Positions 28,355-38,849 of a stretch of DNA of 64,000 bases are shown here, one piece after another; within the stretch, counting starts at the first letter, position 1; the number at the start of each line of letters is the position of its first letter. The DNA comes from Sphingomicrobium sp. (GTDB lineage: Bacteria; Pseudomonadota; Alphaproteobacteria; Sphingomonadales; Sphingomonadaceae). The notes under the pieces are model-generated. The model did not search any database, had not been told where the DNA came from, and saw nothing but the letters and a program-made list of their open reading frames with translations. The stretch covers positions 39,671 to 103,670 of the forward strand of contig DATEEM010000085.1 in assembly GCA_035281125.1 (NCBI GenBank), written 5' to 3'. A program made the position numbers and the translations under genes.

Positions 28355-28948
28355 CTATCCACCCGGCGTGAGTCCGAGACAAGCGAGAACCGCGCGGACC
28401 TGCTCCTCAGTTGTGGATAGATCGGTCCCGGTGTCGATCACGAAATCGGCGCACCGCCGCTTCTCCTCGTCGGGCATTTGGCGGGCGAGGATGGAGTCAA
28501 GCTTCTCCGCCGTCATTCCCGGCCTCGCCAGCACGCGCTCGCGTTGCAGTTCGGGCGGCGCCGAAACGACGATGACCCTGTCGAACCCGCCTTCGCCGCC
28601 GGTTTCGAACAGCAGCGGGATCTCGAACAATAATGCCGGAGCCGCCTTGTGCCTCTCGATGAACTCCTGCCGGGCGCGCTGGACCGCGGGATGGACGATG
28701 GCCTCAAGGGCCGCGAGCTCGGCCGGATCGGACAGCACGATCCGGGATAGCGCGTCGCGGTCGAGGTCGCCGGCTCGCTCGGCTTCCCGAAAGCGGCGGA
28801 GGATCGGTTCGACAAGCGAGCCGCCGCGCGCTTGCAACCGGCGCACCTCTGCGTCGGCGTCGAAGACCGGGATGCCGGCACGCTCGAACATCCGCGCGAC
28901 GGTCGACTTACCCATCCCGATCGAGCCGGTCAGCGCGAGCGTCATCAT
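28355..28948 (-). CDS. coaE: Dephospho-CoA kinase
   Basis: LTGSIGMGKS, EIPLLFE, RQMPDEEK. Confidence 0.96.
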   Translation of the reverse strand: MMTLALTGSIGMGKSTVARMFERAGIPVFDADAEVRRLQARGGSLVEPILRRFREAERAGDLDRDALSRIVLSDPAELAALEAIVHPAVQRARQEFIERHKAAPALLFEIPLLFETGGEGGFDRVIVVSAPPELQRERVLARPGMTAEKLDSILARQMPDEEKRRCADFVIDTGTDLSTTEEQVRAVLACLGLTPGG

Positions 28949-29529
28949 GCCGGCAGCAACCCCCTGGCCCGCAGGGCCCCTAGCAGAGGAACCAGGGGCA
29001 TGCCGAGGATCGTGAAATGATCGCCGTCGATGCGGTCGAACAATTGCACGCCTCGACCTTCGAGCCGAAACACGCCGACACAATAGGCGACGTCCGGCCA
29101 TTCGGCATCAAGGTAGGCGCGGATGAATTCGTCGGACAAGTCGCGCACATGCAAGGTCGCGACTTCGCCATGCGCCCATTCGCGGGTGCCGCCGCGCGCG
29201 AGGGTCACGGCGCTGGCCAGCCGCATCGATTTCCCCGAAAAGCAGCGAAGATGCTCGAGCGCGGCATTGCGATCCGCCGGCTTGTCGAACAGGCGGTCGC
29301 CGACGCTCACCACGCTGTCGCTTCCGATCACCCAGTCACTCGGCCTCGATTTGCTGACTGAGACGGCCTTGGCGCCGGCGAGCTCCTTCGCGATCTCGAG
29401 GCCCGCGCCCGTACTGTTCGCCTTGACGGCCGCCTCGTCGAGCTCGGGCGGTACGATCTCAAACGTAACTCCGGCCGCCGCCAGCAATTGCCGGCGGATC
29501 GGGCTAGACGAGGCAAGGATCAGCGGCAC
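28945..29529 (-). CDS. maf: Maf family nucleotide pyrophosphatase
   Basis: LILASSSPIR, IGSDS, LFDKP, ILGMPL. Confidence 0.92.
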   Translation of the reverse strand: MPLILASSSPIRRQLLAAAGVTFEIVPPELDEAAVKANSTGAGLEIAKELAGAKAVSVSKSRPSDWVIGSDSVVSVGDRLFDKPADRNAALEHLRCFSGKSMRLASAVTLARGGTREWAHGEVATLHVRDLSDEFIRAYLDAEWPDVAYCVGVFRLEGRGVQLFDRIDGDHFTILGMPLVPLLGALRARGLLPA

Positions 29530-29823
29530 CGAGACAACCCTGTGGATAAGGACAGGCGCAGCCCTAGCGCGGCGTCGGGGATAGGCTCAACGAATCTGTT
29601 GTCCGACCAAGCGCCGCGGATGTTCGCCGATTCATCCACGGGGATGGATTTCATCCCCAGCCTGTGAATCGCGGGGCTTTCGACCGCAAGATCAAACTTT
29701 CCCGAGCGGAGGTTCGTCGGGCCCTTGTTGGCAAAACGGGGATGCCCGCCTAAACCCCGCTCTCCCGTCGCCAATCACATCATCAATCCTTCTTAGAATC
29801 TAATATAAAGGGAGAAGATAAGG
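29530..29823. other. Probable chromosomal replication origin (oriC)
   Basis: TGTGGATAA at 29541-29549; DnaA-box variants at 29632, 29651 and 29663; four GANTC sites; AT-rich patch about 29773-29820; position immediately upstream of hemE; parS/parAB 5-8 kb away. Confidence 0.8.
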
Positions 29824-30876
29824 GTGGTCGCGAGACCGGCTAGGCTTCCGGGCGACAAGGCGATGCTCGCGGTGCTGCGCGGCGAGCGGCATGATCCCCC
29901 TCCTCTCTGGATGATGCGCCAGGCTGGCCGCTACCTTCCCGAATATCGGCAGTTGCGAGAAGAAAAAGGAAGTTTTCTCGACCTGGTCTACGATAGCGGT
30001 GCGGCGGCCGAGGTCACGCTTCAGCCGTTGCAGCGGTTTCCACAGCTCGACGCAGCGATCCTGTTTTCCGACATTCTGATCGTCCCGTTCGCGATCGGTC
30101 AGAATTTGAGCTTCGTCGAGGGTGAGGGACCGCGGCTGACCCCGCCGCTTGTGTCGTCGTCGCTCGAGGAACTGAGCGGCTATCCGGCTCGACTCGATCC
30201 GATTTACGAGACGGTGCGCAAGGTCCGCGACCGGCTTCCTTCGGAGAAGGCATTGATCGGCTTTGCCGGCGCGCCGTGGACGGTCGCGACCTACATGGTC
30301 GCCGGACAGGGCAGCAAGGATCAGGCCGAGACTCGTCGCCTTGCTTATGCGGATGCCGGGCTATTCTCGGACATCATTGCGCGGATCGAAGCCGTGACGT
30401 TCGACTATTTGTGCGGTCAGATCGATGCGGGCGTCGATTGCGTGCAATTGTTCGACAGCTGGTCGGGAAGCCTCGCTCCCGCCGAGTTCGAGCGGTGGGT
30501 GATTGCACCGACGGCGCGGCTGGTCGAGCGGTTGCGCACGCGTTTTCCGTCGGTGCCGGTGATCGGCTTTCCGAAGGGCGCCGGGGGAAAGGTCGGCGCC
30601 TATGCGCGGCAAACGGGCGTGAGCGCGGTCGGCCTCGATGAAACCGCCGACCCGGCTTGGGCCAACAAGCAATTGCCGCCGGGACTTCCGGTGCAGGGCA
30701 ACCTCGATCCGCTCGCGCTGCATGCGGGCGGAGAGCCGATGCGCGGCGCGGTACGTCGAATCCTTGACGCGTTCGCCGGGCGTCCGCACATCTTCAATCT
30801 GGGTCACGGGATCCTGCAGGACACGCCCATCGCTCACGTCGAATATTTGATGGCGCTGGTGAAGGAGGCGAGATGA
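29824..30876 (+). CDS. hemE: Uroporphyrinogen decarboxylase (alternative start 29863)
   Basis: PLWMMRQAGRYLPEY, AAILFSDIL, QGNLDP, IFNLGHGI. Confidence 0.97.
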   Translation: MVARPARLPGDKAMLAVLRGERHDPPPLWMMRQAGRYLPEYRQLREEKGSFLDLVYDSGAAAEVTLQPLQRFPQLDAAILFSDILIVPFAIGQNLSFVEGEGPRLTPPLVSSSLEELSGYPARLDPIYETVRKVRDRLPSEKALIGFAGAPWTVATYMVAGQGSKDQAETRRLAYADAGLFSDIIARIEAVTFDYLCGQIDAGVDCVQLFDSWSGSLAPAEFERWVIAPTARLVERLRTRFPSVPVIGFPKGAGGKVGAYARQTGVSAVGLDETADPAWANKQLPPGLPVQGNLDPLALHAGGEPMRGAVRRILDAFAGRPHIFNLGHGILQDTPIAHVEYLMALVKEAR

Positions 30877-31331
30877 GCGAAATCGCGGGATGGCTCGGGC
30901 CTGCCTACGACTGGGTCAAGGCGGCGCACGTGACGTTCGTCATCTTCTGGATGGCGGGCTTGTTCATGTTGCCTCGTTTTTTCGTCTATCACCAGGAAAC
31001 CCCGGTCGGCTCGCCCGAGGATCGCGCATGGATCGAGCGCGAATCGCGGATTCGCTCGATCATCCTCACTCCGGCAATCGGGCTGGTGTGGATCCTTGGA
31101 CTGATGCTTGCCGCAGACAATCGCATGCAGGTCCTGTCCGCGCCATGGTTCCACGCCAAGTTCGCGCTGGTCGTTGCGCTGAGCGCTTACCAGGGCTGGC
31201 TTGTGGGCTACGCGAGGAAGCTCGCCAAGGGCGAACGGCCGCTGTCGGGTCGGACCGTGCGGATCATGAACGAGATCCCGGGGATAGCCGCTGCGATCAT
31301 CGTCGTCCTCGTCATCGTCCGTCCCTTTTGA
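30873..31331 (+). CDS. hemJ: Protoporphyrinogen IX oxidase HemJ (CopD family)
   Basis: KAAHVTFVIFWMAGLFMLPRFFVYH, NEIP, VIVRPF. Confidence 0.93.
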   Translation: MSEIAGWLGPAYDWVKAAHVTFVIFWMAGLFMLPRFFVYHQETPVGSPEDRAWIERESRIRSIILTPAIGLVWILGLMLAADNRMQVLSAPWFHAKFALVVALSAYQGWLVGYARKLAKGERPLSGRTVRIMNEIPGIAAAIIVVLVIVRPF

Positions 31332-31362
31332 ACGGTCTGCCACGCGCACGACCGGTCGCTGA

Positions 31363-31390
31363 TTGACAGCGGGCGACAGGAAACATACCT
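31363..31390 (+). promoter_or_regulatory. Probable sigma70 promoter of rho
   Basis: TTGACA, then CATACCT 15 nt downstream. Confidence 0.5.
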
Positions 31391-31529
31391 CGATTCGCGA
31401 CGGCTCTTCGGCCCAGTTTCCCATTCGCCGGTGGCCGTTTCCTTTACTTCCAGCGGTGTCCTGCCGCTCTCCGGCTTTGATCGACCGTCTACGAGCTCGA
31501 GCGAATCTCCCCAACAAAAAGACCATTTT

Positions 31530-32786
31530 ATGCATCTGAAAGAATTGAAGAAAAAGACGCCCGCCGAATTGGTTGCGATGTCCGAGGAAATGGGCGTCGA
31601 GGGCGCGTCGACGATGCGCAAGCAGGATCTGATGTTTTCGATCCTCAAGATCCAGGCCGAAAACGGCGTCGAGATCATGGGCTCGGGCACGATCGAAGTG
31701 CTCAACGACGGCTTCGGCTTTCTCCGCTCGCCGGAGGCCAATTATCTCGCCGGCCCCGACGACATCTATGTCGCGCCGTCGATCGTCCGGCGCTTCGGCC
31801 TGCGCACCGGCGATACGGTGGAAGGCGAGATCCGCGGTCCGAAGGAGGGCGAGCGCTATTTCGCTTTGACGCGGGTCACGACGATCAACTTCGACGATCC
31901 GGAGACCGTGCGTCATCGAGTCAATTTCGACAATTTGACGCCGCTCTATCCGGACGAGAAGCTGCGGCTCGACACGCTCGACCCGACGATCAAGGACAAG
32001 TCGGCGCGGGTGATCGACATCGTGTCGCCGCTCGGCAAGGGCCAGCGCGCGTTGATCGTGTCGCCACCGCGCACCGGCAAGACGGTGCTGATGCAGAACA
32101 TCGCCCGCGCGATCACCGACAACAACCCGGAAGTGATCTTGATCGTCCTCCTCATCGACGAGCGCCCGGAAGAGGTCACCGACATGGAGCGCTCGGTCAA
32201 CGGCGAGGTCATTTCCTCGACCTTCGACGAGCCGGCGTCGCGCCACGTCCAGGTCGCCGAGATGGTCATCGAGAAGGCGAAGAGGCTGGTCGAGCACAAG
32301 AAGGATGTCGTGATCCTGCTCGATTCGATCACCCGCCTCGGCCGAGCCTATAACACCGTCGTTCCGAGCTCGGGCAAGGTGCTGACCGGCGGTGTCGACG
32401 CCAACGCCCTGCAGCGGCCGAAGCGGTTTTTCGGAGCCGCGCGCAACATTGAGGAAGGCGGTTCTCTGTCGATCATCGCAACGGCGCTGATCGATACCGG
32501 ATCGAAGATGGACGAGGTGATCTTCGAGGAGTTCAAGGGCACCGGCAACAGTGAGATCGTGCTTGACCGGAAGGTCGCCGACAAGCGCATCTTCCCCGCG
32601 CTCGACGTCGGCAAGTCCGGCACCCGCAAGGAAGAGCTGCTCGTCGAGCAGGGCACGCTCACCAAGATGTGGGTGCTGCGCCGCATCCTGATGCAGATGG
32701 GCACGGTCGACGCGATGCAGTTCCTTCTCGACAAGATGAAGGACGCGAAGTCGAACGAGGACTTCTTTGCGAGCATGAACCAGTAG
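31530..32786 (+). CDS. rho: Transcription termination factor Rho
   Basis: Start reassigned to MHLKELK; [36 protein letters not shown]. Confidence 0.98.
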   Translation: MHLKELKKKTPAELVAMSEEMGVEGASTMRKQDLMFSILKIQAENGVEIMGSGTIEVLNDGFGFLRSPEANYLAGPDDIYVAPSIVRRFGLRTGDTVEGEIRGPKEGERYFALTRVTTINFDDPETVRHRVNFDNLTPLYPDEKLRLDTLDPTIKDKSARVIDIVSPLGKGQRALIVSPPRTGKTVLMQNIARAITDNNPEVILIVLLIDERPEEVTDMERSVNGEVISSTFDEPASRHVQVAEMVIEKAKRLVEHKKDVVILLDSITRLGRAYNTVVPSSGKVLTGGVDANALQRPKRFFGAARNIEEGGSLSIIATALIDTGSKMDEVIFEEFKGTGNSEIVLDRKVADKRIFPALDVGKSGTRKEELLVEQGTLTKMWVLRRILMQMGTVDAMQFLLDKMKDAKSNEDFFASMNQ

Positions 32787-32840
32787 GCATTTCGCCCGTT
32801 TGCAGGGCAAGGGAACTTCACCACAAGGTGTGATGCAAGG

Positions 32841-33557
32841 ATGACTGACCTGCTGCTTACCGTTGCGGCCAGCCTCGCCTCCCTCGACGGCGTGTGGGAC
32901 GCGATCGTCAAGGATTTCTCGAACATTACCGAGCCGGCGGCGCTGGCCGCCTTCCTGCAGGTGTTGATGATCGACCTCGTCCTTGCCGGCGACAATGCGA
33001 TCGTGGTCGGCGCGCTCGCCGCCGGCCTCACGCCCGAGCAGCGCCGCAAGGTGATCATGATCGGGGTGCTCGCGGCGCTGGTTCTGCGCATTCTGTTCGC
33101 GCTCATCGTCACCCAGCTGCTCCAGATCATCGGGCTCATCCTGATCGGCGGCCTGCTGCTGCTGTGGGTCGCCTGGCGGATGTGGCGCGACCTTCGTCGC
33201 GACACGGAATGCTCACCGGGTTCGGACGAGGTCTTTGGCGATGAACATTCGGGCCTGCGCCCGGCAAAGAGCTTCGCCGGCGCGGTGTGGGGCGTCGCCG
33301 TCGCCGACGTGTCGATGAGCCTCGACAACGTCCTGGCCGTTGCCGGCGCCGCACGCGATCACCCGGGGATCCTGATCGTCGGCCTGGTTTTCGCCGTGGC
33401 CCTGATGGGCATCGCGGCCAACTTTATCGCCCGGGTGATCGATCGCTACCGCTGGATCGCGTACGTCGGCCTGATCGTCGTGCTCTATGTCGCGCTCAAG
33501 ATGATCTATGACGGCTGGGTTGATCCGCAGGTGGGGCTCGGCAAGCTCTTCGCCTGA
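32841..33557 (+). CDS. TerC/YjbE family membrane protein
   Basis: IDLVLAGDNAIVV, ADVSMSLDNVLAVAG. Confidence 0.92.
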   Translation: MTDLLLTVAASLASLDGVWDAIVKDFSNITEPAALAAFLQVLMIDLVLAGDNAIVVGALAAGLTPEQRRKVIMIGVLAALVLRILFALIVTQLLQIIGLILIGGLLLLWVAWRMWRDLRRDTECSPGSDEVFGDEHSGLRPAKSFAGAVWGVAVADVSMSLDNVLAVAGAARDHPGILIVGLVFAVALMGIAANFIARVIDRYRWIAYVGLIVVLYVALKMIYDGWVDPQVGLGKLFA

Positions 33558-33584
33558 CGCGCGGCCTCCGCTAACGGCCGCACG

Positions 33585-34865
33585 ATGACCGGCGACACGA
33601 TTTTCGCATTGTCGAGCGGCAGGCCGCCGGCGGCGATCTCCGTGATCCGCATCAGCGGACCGTCGGCGCACGAGGCCGGGCGATTGGTCGCCGGATCGCT
33701 CTGCGGGCCGCGCGTCGCCGCGGTGCGCCACCTACGGGACCCTCAGTCGGGCGAATTGCTAGACCAGGCGGTCGTGCTCCGATTCGATTCGCCGGCCAGT
33801 TCGACTGGCGAAGATGTGGTGGAATTCCAATGTCATGGCGGCCGCGCAGTCGTTGATGCCGTGCTCGACGTTCTGGCCGGGATCGAGGGGTTGCGCGCCG
33901 CCACCCCGGGAGAATTCATGCGCCGTGCGTTCGCCAACGGCCGGATCGACCTGACCGAGGCGGAGGGATTGGCCGATTTGATTGAGGCCGAGACCGAAGC
34001 GCAGCGCAAGGCGGCCCTCGCGCTGGCCGAAGGTGGGCTGCGCAGCCAGATCGAGGCTTGGCAGCGGCAGGTGCTGGCGCTGGCCGCGGAAGCCGAGCGG
34101 GCAATCGACTACGACGATGACGATTCGCCTATGGACCCGGCGTTGCGAGAGGGTTGCGCCGACTTGGCGCGGGAACTCAAGGCCTGGCTCGACCGCCCGC
34201 GCATCGAGCGGTTGAAGGACGGGGTGCGAGTCGTCGTGGCGGGGCCACCGAATGCCGGTAAGTCTAGCCTTCTCAATGCTATAGCAGGGTACGAGCGAGC
34301 GATCGTCACGGACCTTCCGGGCACTACGCGTGATCATATCGAAGTGCCGCTGTCGCTCGGAGGCGTGCCCATCCTGCTCACCGACACCGCCGGAATCCGG
34401 CCCGCCGAGGACCGGGTCGAGGCAATCGGCGTCGCTCGTGCCGAAGCGCTTGTCGAGGCCGCCGATATTCTGCTCTGGCTCGGGGAGCCGGGCGATGCGC
34501 CGGCTCATCCCCGGCTCGTGAAGATTCATGCGAAAGCCGATTTGTCCGAGCGGGCGACAGCGCCGGCGCATTCGGTCCCGGTGTCGTCGCTGACTGGCGA
34601 TGGTCTGAAGACGCTGCTCGAGCGTGTTTTGGACGCGGCAGAAGCGCTTTTTCCGGGAGATGACGCGATCGCGCTCAACCGACGCCAGGCCGGGCACCTC
34701 ACCGAGGCGGCCGAATCCCTGGCCGTCGCCGCCTCATCGGATGATCCGGTGATCATCGCGGAAAGTCTGCGCCAGGCGCGGGCGGAGTTCGATCGGCTGA
34801 CGGGCCACGCCGGGATCGAGGAGGTCCTCGACGCCCTCTTTGCCCGGTTCTGCCTCGGAAAGTGA
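33585..34865 (+). CDS. mnmE: tRNA modification GTPase MnmE
   Basis: [40 protein letters not shown]-terminal FCLGK. Confidence 0.97.
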   Translation: MTGDTIFALSSGRPPAAISVIRISGPSAHEAGRLVAGSLCGPRVAAVRHLRDPQSGELLDQAVVLRFDSPASSTGEDVVEFQCHGGRAVVDAVLDVLAGIEGLRAATPGEFMRRAFANGRIDLTEAEGLADLIEAETEAQRKAALALAEGGLRSQIEAWQRQVLALAAEAERAIDYDDDDSPMDPALREGCADLARELKAWLDRPRIERLKDGVRVVVAGPPNAGKSSLLNAIAGYERAIVTDLPGTTRDHIEVPLSLGGVPILLTDTAGIRPAEDRVEAIGVARAEALVEAADILLWLGEPGDAPAHPRLVKIHAKADLSERATAPAHSVPVSSLTGDGLKTLLERVLDAAEALFPGDDAIALNRRQAGHLTEAAESLAVAASSDDPVIIAESLRQARAEFDRLTGHAGIEEVLDALFARFCLGK

Positions 34866-34881
34866 TGTTTCACGTGGAACG
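34866..34881. promoter_or_regulatory. parS site 1
   Basis: TGTTTCACGTGGAACG. Confidence 0.85.
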
Positions 34882-34903
34882 TCGATCCGTTACAGGGCGG
34901 ACC

Positions 34904-36583
34904 GTGTTTGATGTCCTGGTCATCGGCGCCGGCCATGCCGGCTGCGAGGCGGCTTCCGCCGCGGCCCGGCGTGGTGCGCGCGTCGGCCTCCTGACGTTCC
35001 GGCCGGAAGACGCCGGCCAGATGTCATGCAACCCGTCGATCGGGGGCGTCGGCAAGGGCCACCTCGTCCGCGAGCTCGACGTGTTCGACGGGCTCATGGC
35101 GCGCGCCGCTGACCGCGCTGCGATCCATCGCCGGATGCTCAATCGCAGCAAGGGGCCGGCGGTCTGGGGACCGCGGGTCCAGGCGGACCGCCGCCTCTAC
35201 CGCGCGGCGATCGGGGAGCTCCTCCGGCACTCGAGCACCGAATTGGTGATTGCCGAGGCGCTTGGTCTCATCGTCCGCGGCGGCAGGATTGCCGGCGTCG
35301 AGACCAGTAGCGGGACGCTTGCATGCCGAGCGGTCATCATCGCGACGGGGACCTTCCTCGACGCGCGCATGTTCGTGGGACAGGAGGTCGTCGTCGGCGG
35401 CCGCCGCGGCGAGGCGGCTTCGACGGCCTTGGCGGCGCAGATTCGCGAGATCGGACTGGGTCAGGGGCGGCTGAAAACGGGAACCCCCCCGCGGCTCGAC
35501 GGGCGGACAATCGACTGGTCGCGCACCGAAGAGCAGCCGAGTGATCCCCAGCCGTGGACGATGTCGGCGCTCGACGACGGTGTCCGCCAGCCGCAATTGC
35601 GTTGTGCGATCACTCGGACCAACCGTCGAACGCACGAGATCATCGCGGCGAACTTCGAACGCTCGCCGCTATTCGCTGGCACGATCAAGGGGCGAGGCCC
35701 GCGTTATTGCCCGTCGATCGAGGACAAAGTGAAGCGATTCGCCGATCGCGACGCGCATCAGATTTTTCTGGAGCCGGAGGGACTGGATGATAGCCTCGTC
35801 TACCCCAACGGCATCTCGACCTCCCTGCCGGTTGACGTACAGGAAAGTCTTGTCCGCACGATCGCCGGCCTGGAGCGGGCAGAGATCGTGCGGCCCGGTT
35901 ATGCGGTCGAATATGAGTTCGTCGATCCGCGACGGCTCAACGCGACGCTCGAGGTTCGAGAATTTCCGGGCCTGTTTCTGGCCGGGCAGATCAACGGCAC
36001 CACGGGTTATGAGGAGGCGGCTGCGCAAGGGCTTGCCGCAGGCCTCAATGCCGCGGCGGCCGCACTCAGCCTGGATCCTGTCCGCTTCGACCGCCGCACC
36101 TCTTACATTGGCGTAATGATCGACGACCTCACGTTGCAGGGGGTGGGGGAGCCCTACCGAATGATGACTGCGCGAGCCGAATATCGCCTGGCACTACGGG
36201 CGGACAATGCAACGTCGCGGCTGGGCGCGGCCGCGCTGGCGGCGAACTGCCTGTCCGATGCGCGCCGTCGGCAAATCGAGACGCATCTTTCGCGCCGTTC
36301 GACCGATTCGTGGGGCGAAACCGAGGAGGGGCGGGCCGACGCGGCCTATGCGCCTTACGTCGAGCGTCAGCAGCGCGAGTGGGAAGTCGTGCAGCGTGAC
36401 TCTCGGATCTGGCTTCCGACCGAATTGGACTACGCCGCCATCCCCGGGCTTTCGAACGAAATGATCGAACGGCTCTCCGCGGCCTGTCCCGAGACGCTTG
36501 ACCAGGCCTCGCGGATCCCCGGCGTAACTCCCGCGGCGCTGTCCGCCCTGTACGTTGCCGCAGCCCGCCGGGCGGCGGCGTGA
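34904..36583 (+). CDS. mnmG: tRNA uridine 5-carboxymethylaminomethyl modification enzyme MnmG (alternative start 34862)
   Basis: [49 protein letters not shown]. Confidence 0.97.
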   Translation: MFDVLVIGAGHAGCEAASAAARRGARVGLLTFRPEDAGQMSCNPSIGGVGKGHLVRELDVFDGLMARAADRAAIHRRMLNRSKGPAVWGPRVQADRRLYRAAIGELLRHSSTELVIAEALGLIVRGGRIAGVETSSGTLACRAVIIATGTFLDARMFVGQEVVVGGRRGEAASTALAAQIREIGLGQGRLKTGTPPRLDGRTIDWSRTEEQPSDPQPWTMSALDDGVRQPQLRCAITRTNRRTHEIIAANFERSPLFAGTIKGRGPRYCPSIEDKVKRFADRDAHQIFLEPEGLDDSLVYPNGISTSLPVDVQESLVRTIAGLERAEIVRPGYAVEYEFVDPRRLNATLEVREFPGLFLAGQINGTTGYEEAAAQGLAAGLNAAAAALSLDPVRFDRRTSYIGVMIDDLTLQGVGEPYRMMTARAEYRLALRADNATSRLGAAALAANCLSDARRRQIETHLSRRSTDSWGETEEGRADAAYAPYVERQQREWEVVQRDSRIWLPTELDYAAIPGLSNEMIERLSAACPETLDQASRIPGVTPAALSALYVAAARRAAA

Positions 36584-37185
36584 TCGAACGGCTCGCGGAG
36601 GTCGCGGGACGGCGTGTTTCACGTGGAACATTCGCAAGGTTGGAACAATATGCCGCGCTGCTGCGCGAGGCGAGCGCGACCCAGAACCTGATCGCCGCCT
36701 CGACTCTGGCGTCGTTGTGGGAGCGCCACATCCTGGATAGCGCGCAGCTCGTGCGCTTCGAACCGCGCCCAGGCGCACAGTGGGTCGACGTCGGTTCCGG
36801 GGCCGGCCTACCCGGGATCGTTCTCGCCTGCCTGGTGGACGGCCCGGTGACGCTGATCGAGCCCCGCCGCTTGCGCGCGGACTTCCTCCGCCATGCGTGC
36901 GAAGCGCTTGGGCTGGCCGTCACCATACACTGCGCAAAGGTCGAACGGGTGACGGGCTCGTTCGACGTTATCACCGGCCGGGCGGTCGCGCCGCTAAGCG
37001 ATTTCCTCCGGATATCCGGGCATCTGTCCACAGGAAAAACCGTTTGGGCGCTTCCCAAGGGACGCAAGGCCGAGAAGGAACTGGCCGAGGCCCGCCGCGC
37101 GTGGCAAGGTGTGTTTCACGTGGAACAGAGCGCGACCGACCCGCAATCGAAGATCGTGGTCGGCACGGGGGTGAGGGCGAAGTGA
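36580..37185 (+). CDS. rsmG: 16S rRNA m7G527 methyltransferase
   Basis: [26 protein letters not shown]. Confidence 0.93.
   Translation: MIERLAEVAGRRVSRGTFARLEQYAALLREASATQNLIAASTLASLWERHILDSAQLVRFEPRPGAQWVDVGSGAGLPGIVLACLVDGPVTLIEPRRLRADFLRHACEALGLAVTIHCAKVERVTGSFDVITGRAVAPLSDFLRISGHLSTGKTVWALPKGRKAEKELAEARRAWQGVFHVEQSATDPQSKIVVGTGVRAK
36615..36630. promoter_or_regulatory. parS site 2 (inside rsmG)
   Basis: TGTTTCACGTGGAACA; reverse complement is TGTTCCACGTGAAACA, the canonical parS. Confidence 0.92.
37112..37127. promoter_or_regulatory. parS site 3 (inside rsmG)
   Basis: TGTTTCACGTGGAACA. Confidence 0.92.
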
Positions 37186-37967
37186 TGATCCGGATCGCGA
37201 TTGCGAACCAGAAGGGCGGGGTTGGCAAGACTACGACGGCCATCAATCTGGCCACCGCGCTGGCGGCGATCGGGTCGCGCGTCCTGCTCGTCGACCTGGA
37301 TCCCCAGGGCAATGCCTCGACCGGGCTCGGGGTCGGAGCGTCCAAGCGCGAACGCTCGAGCTATGATGTTCTGATCGGGACTGCCGAGCTGGCCGAAAGC
37401 GCGATCGCGACGCGTGTGCCGCGGCTGGACCTGCTGCCGGCGACGGTCGATCTGTCGGGCGCCGAAGTCGAGATGGTCGGCCTGGCCGATCGCGCCCATC
37501 GGCTCGATAAGGCCTTGAATTCCGCGGCGTCCAGCCGATGGGACATCTGCCTGATCGACTGTCCGCCTTCGCTCGGGCTGCTGACGGTCAATGCGCTGGT
37601 CGCGGCTCGGCACCTGCTTGTGCCGCTCCAGTGCGAGTTTTTCGCACTCGAGGGGCTGAGCCAGCTGCTGCAGACGGTCGAGCGGATTCGCTCGGCCTTC
37701 AATCCGCAATTGGCGATCCTCGGGGTCGCCCTGACCATGTTCGATCGGCGCAACAATCTTTCGCAGGCCGTCGCTGAGGATGTCCGCGCGTGCCTCGGCG
37801 CCGCCGTGTTCGACACGATCGTTCCCCGCAACGTCCGTCTGTCCGAAGCCCCGAGCCACGGCTTGCCGGCGCTGATCTACGACCTCAAATGCCCCGGTTC
37901 CGAAGCCTATATCCGCCTGGCGCGCGAGCTGATCGCGCGCCTGCCGCAGTTGGCGGAGGCGGCATGA
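37185..37967 (+). CDS. parA: Chromosome partitioning ATPase ParA
   Basis: IANQKGGVGKTTTAINL, DLDPQGNAS, IDCPPSLG, PRNVRLSEAPSHG. Confidence 0.97.
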   Translation: MIRIAIANQKGGVGKTTTAINLATALAAIGSRVLLVDLDPQGNASTGLGVGASKRERSSYDVLIGTAELAESAIATRVPRLDLLPATVDLSGAEVEMVGLADRAHRLDKALNSAASSRWDICLIDCPPSLGLLTVNALVAARHLLVPLQCEFFALEGLSQLLQTVERIRSAFNPQLAILGVALTMFDRRNNLSQAVAEDVRACLGAAVFDTIVPRNVRLSEAPSHGLPALIYDLKCPGSEAYIRLARELIARLPQLAEAA

Positions 37968-38848
37968 GCGAGAAGCCGGCGAAAGGGCTCGGCATGGGCC
38001 TGTCGGCGCTGCTCGGCGAGGCCGCGCGCGCGCCGGTGGCCGAGCCCCAGGCCGAGAGCCGCGGCGGCGTTCGCGAGATCGAAATCGGCCGCATCCGCCC
38101 CAATCCCAACCAGCCCCGCGTCCAGTTCAGCGAGGAATCGATCGACGAGCTCGCCGATTCGATCGCGGAACGGGGCGTGCTTCAGCCGATCCTGCTTCGC
38201 CCGCATGGCGACGGCGAGGGCTATGAGATCATCGCCGGTGAGCGGCGCTGGCGGGCGGCGCAGCGCGCCCGGCTCCACACCATCCCGGCGATCGTCCGCG
38301 AGGTCGACGAGGCGACCACCGCCGAGCTCGCGCTGATCGAGAACATCCAGCGCGAGGACCTGAACGCGATCGAGGAGGCCGAAGCCTATCGCCAGCTCGT
38401 CGAGCGTCATGGTCACAGCCAGGAAGACATTGCCCGGCTCGTCCACAAGTCGCGAAGCCACGTCGCCAACCTGTTGCGATTGCTCGATTTACCAGAATTC
38501 GTGAAATTATCGCTATTGCAAGGCGATATCAGCATGGGCCATGCGCGCGCCGTCGCGGCGGCGCCGGACCCTGAGGCGCTGGCTCGTGAAATCGTCGCAA
38601 AGGGGCTTTCCGTCCGCCAGGCTGAGGAGCGGGCGAAACGCGCCAAGCAGGGCCCCAAGGAACTGGTGCTGACCGCCGAACGCAAGGTCGACGCGGATCT
38701 CGCCGCGCTCGAGCGGCAGCTGACCGACATGCTCGGCGTCAGGGTCGAGGTCGTGCACAAGGGGCAAGGCGGGACCGTCACCCTCCATTATTCGAGTCTC
38801 GACCAACTCGACATGATCTGCCAGCGTTTGACGGGCGAGCCGATTTAG
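37964..38848 (+). CDS. parB: Chromosome partitioning protein ParB
   Basis: GLGMGLSALLG, QPRVQF, IIAGERRWRAA, ENIQREDLN. Confidence 0.97.
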   Translation: MSEKPAKGLGMGLSALLGEAARAPVAEPQAESRGGVREIEIGRIRPNPNQPRVQFSEESIDELADSIAERGVLQPILLRPHGDGEGYEIIAGERRWRAAQRARLHTIPAIVREVDEATTAELALIENIQREDLNAIEEAEAYRQLVERHGHSQEDIARLVHKSRSHVANLLRLLDLPEFVKLSLLQGDISMGHARAVAAAPDPEALAREIVAKGLSVRQAEERAKRAKQGPKELVLTAERKVDADLAALERQLTDMLGVRVEVVHKGQGGTVTLHYSSLDQLDMICQRLTGEPI

Positions 38849-38849
38849 G

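Noticed and set aside
30834-32810. 658-aa - strand ORF
   Set aside because: Antisense shadow of hemJ-rho
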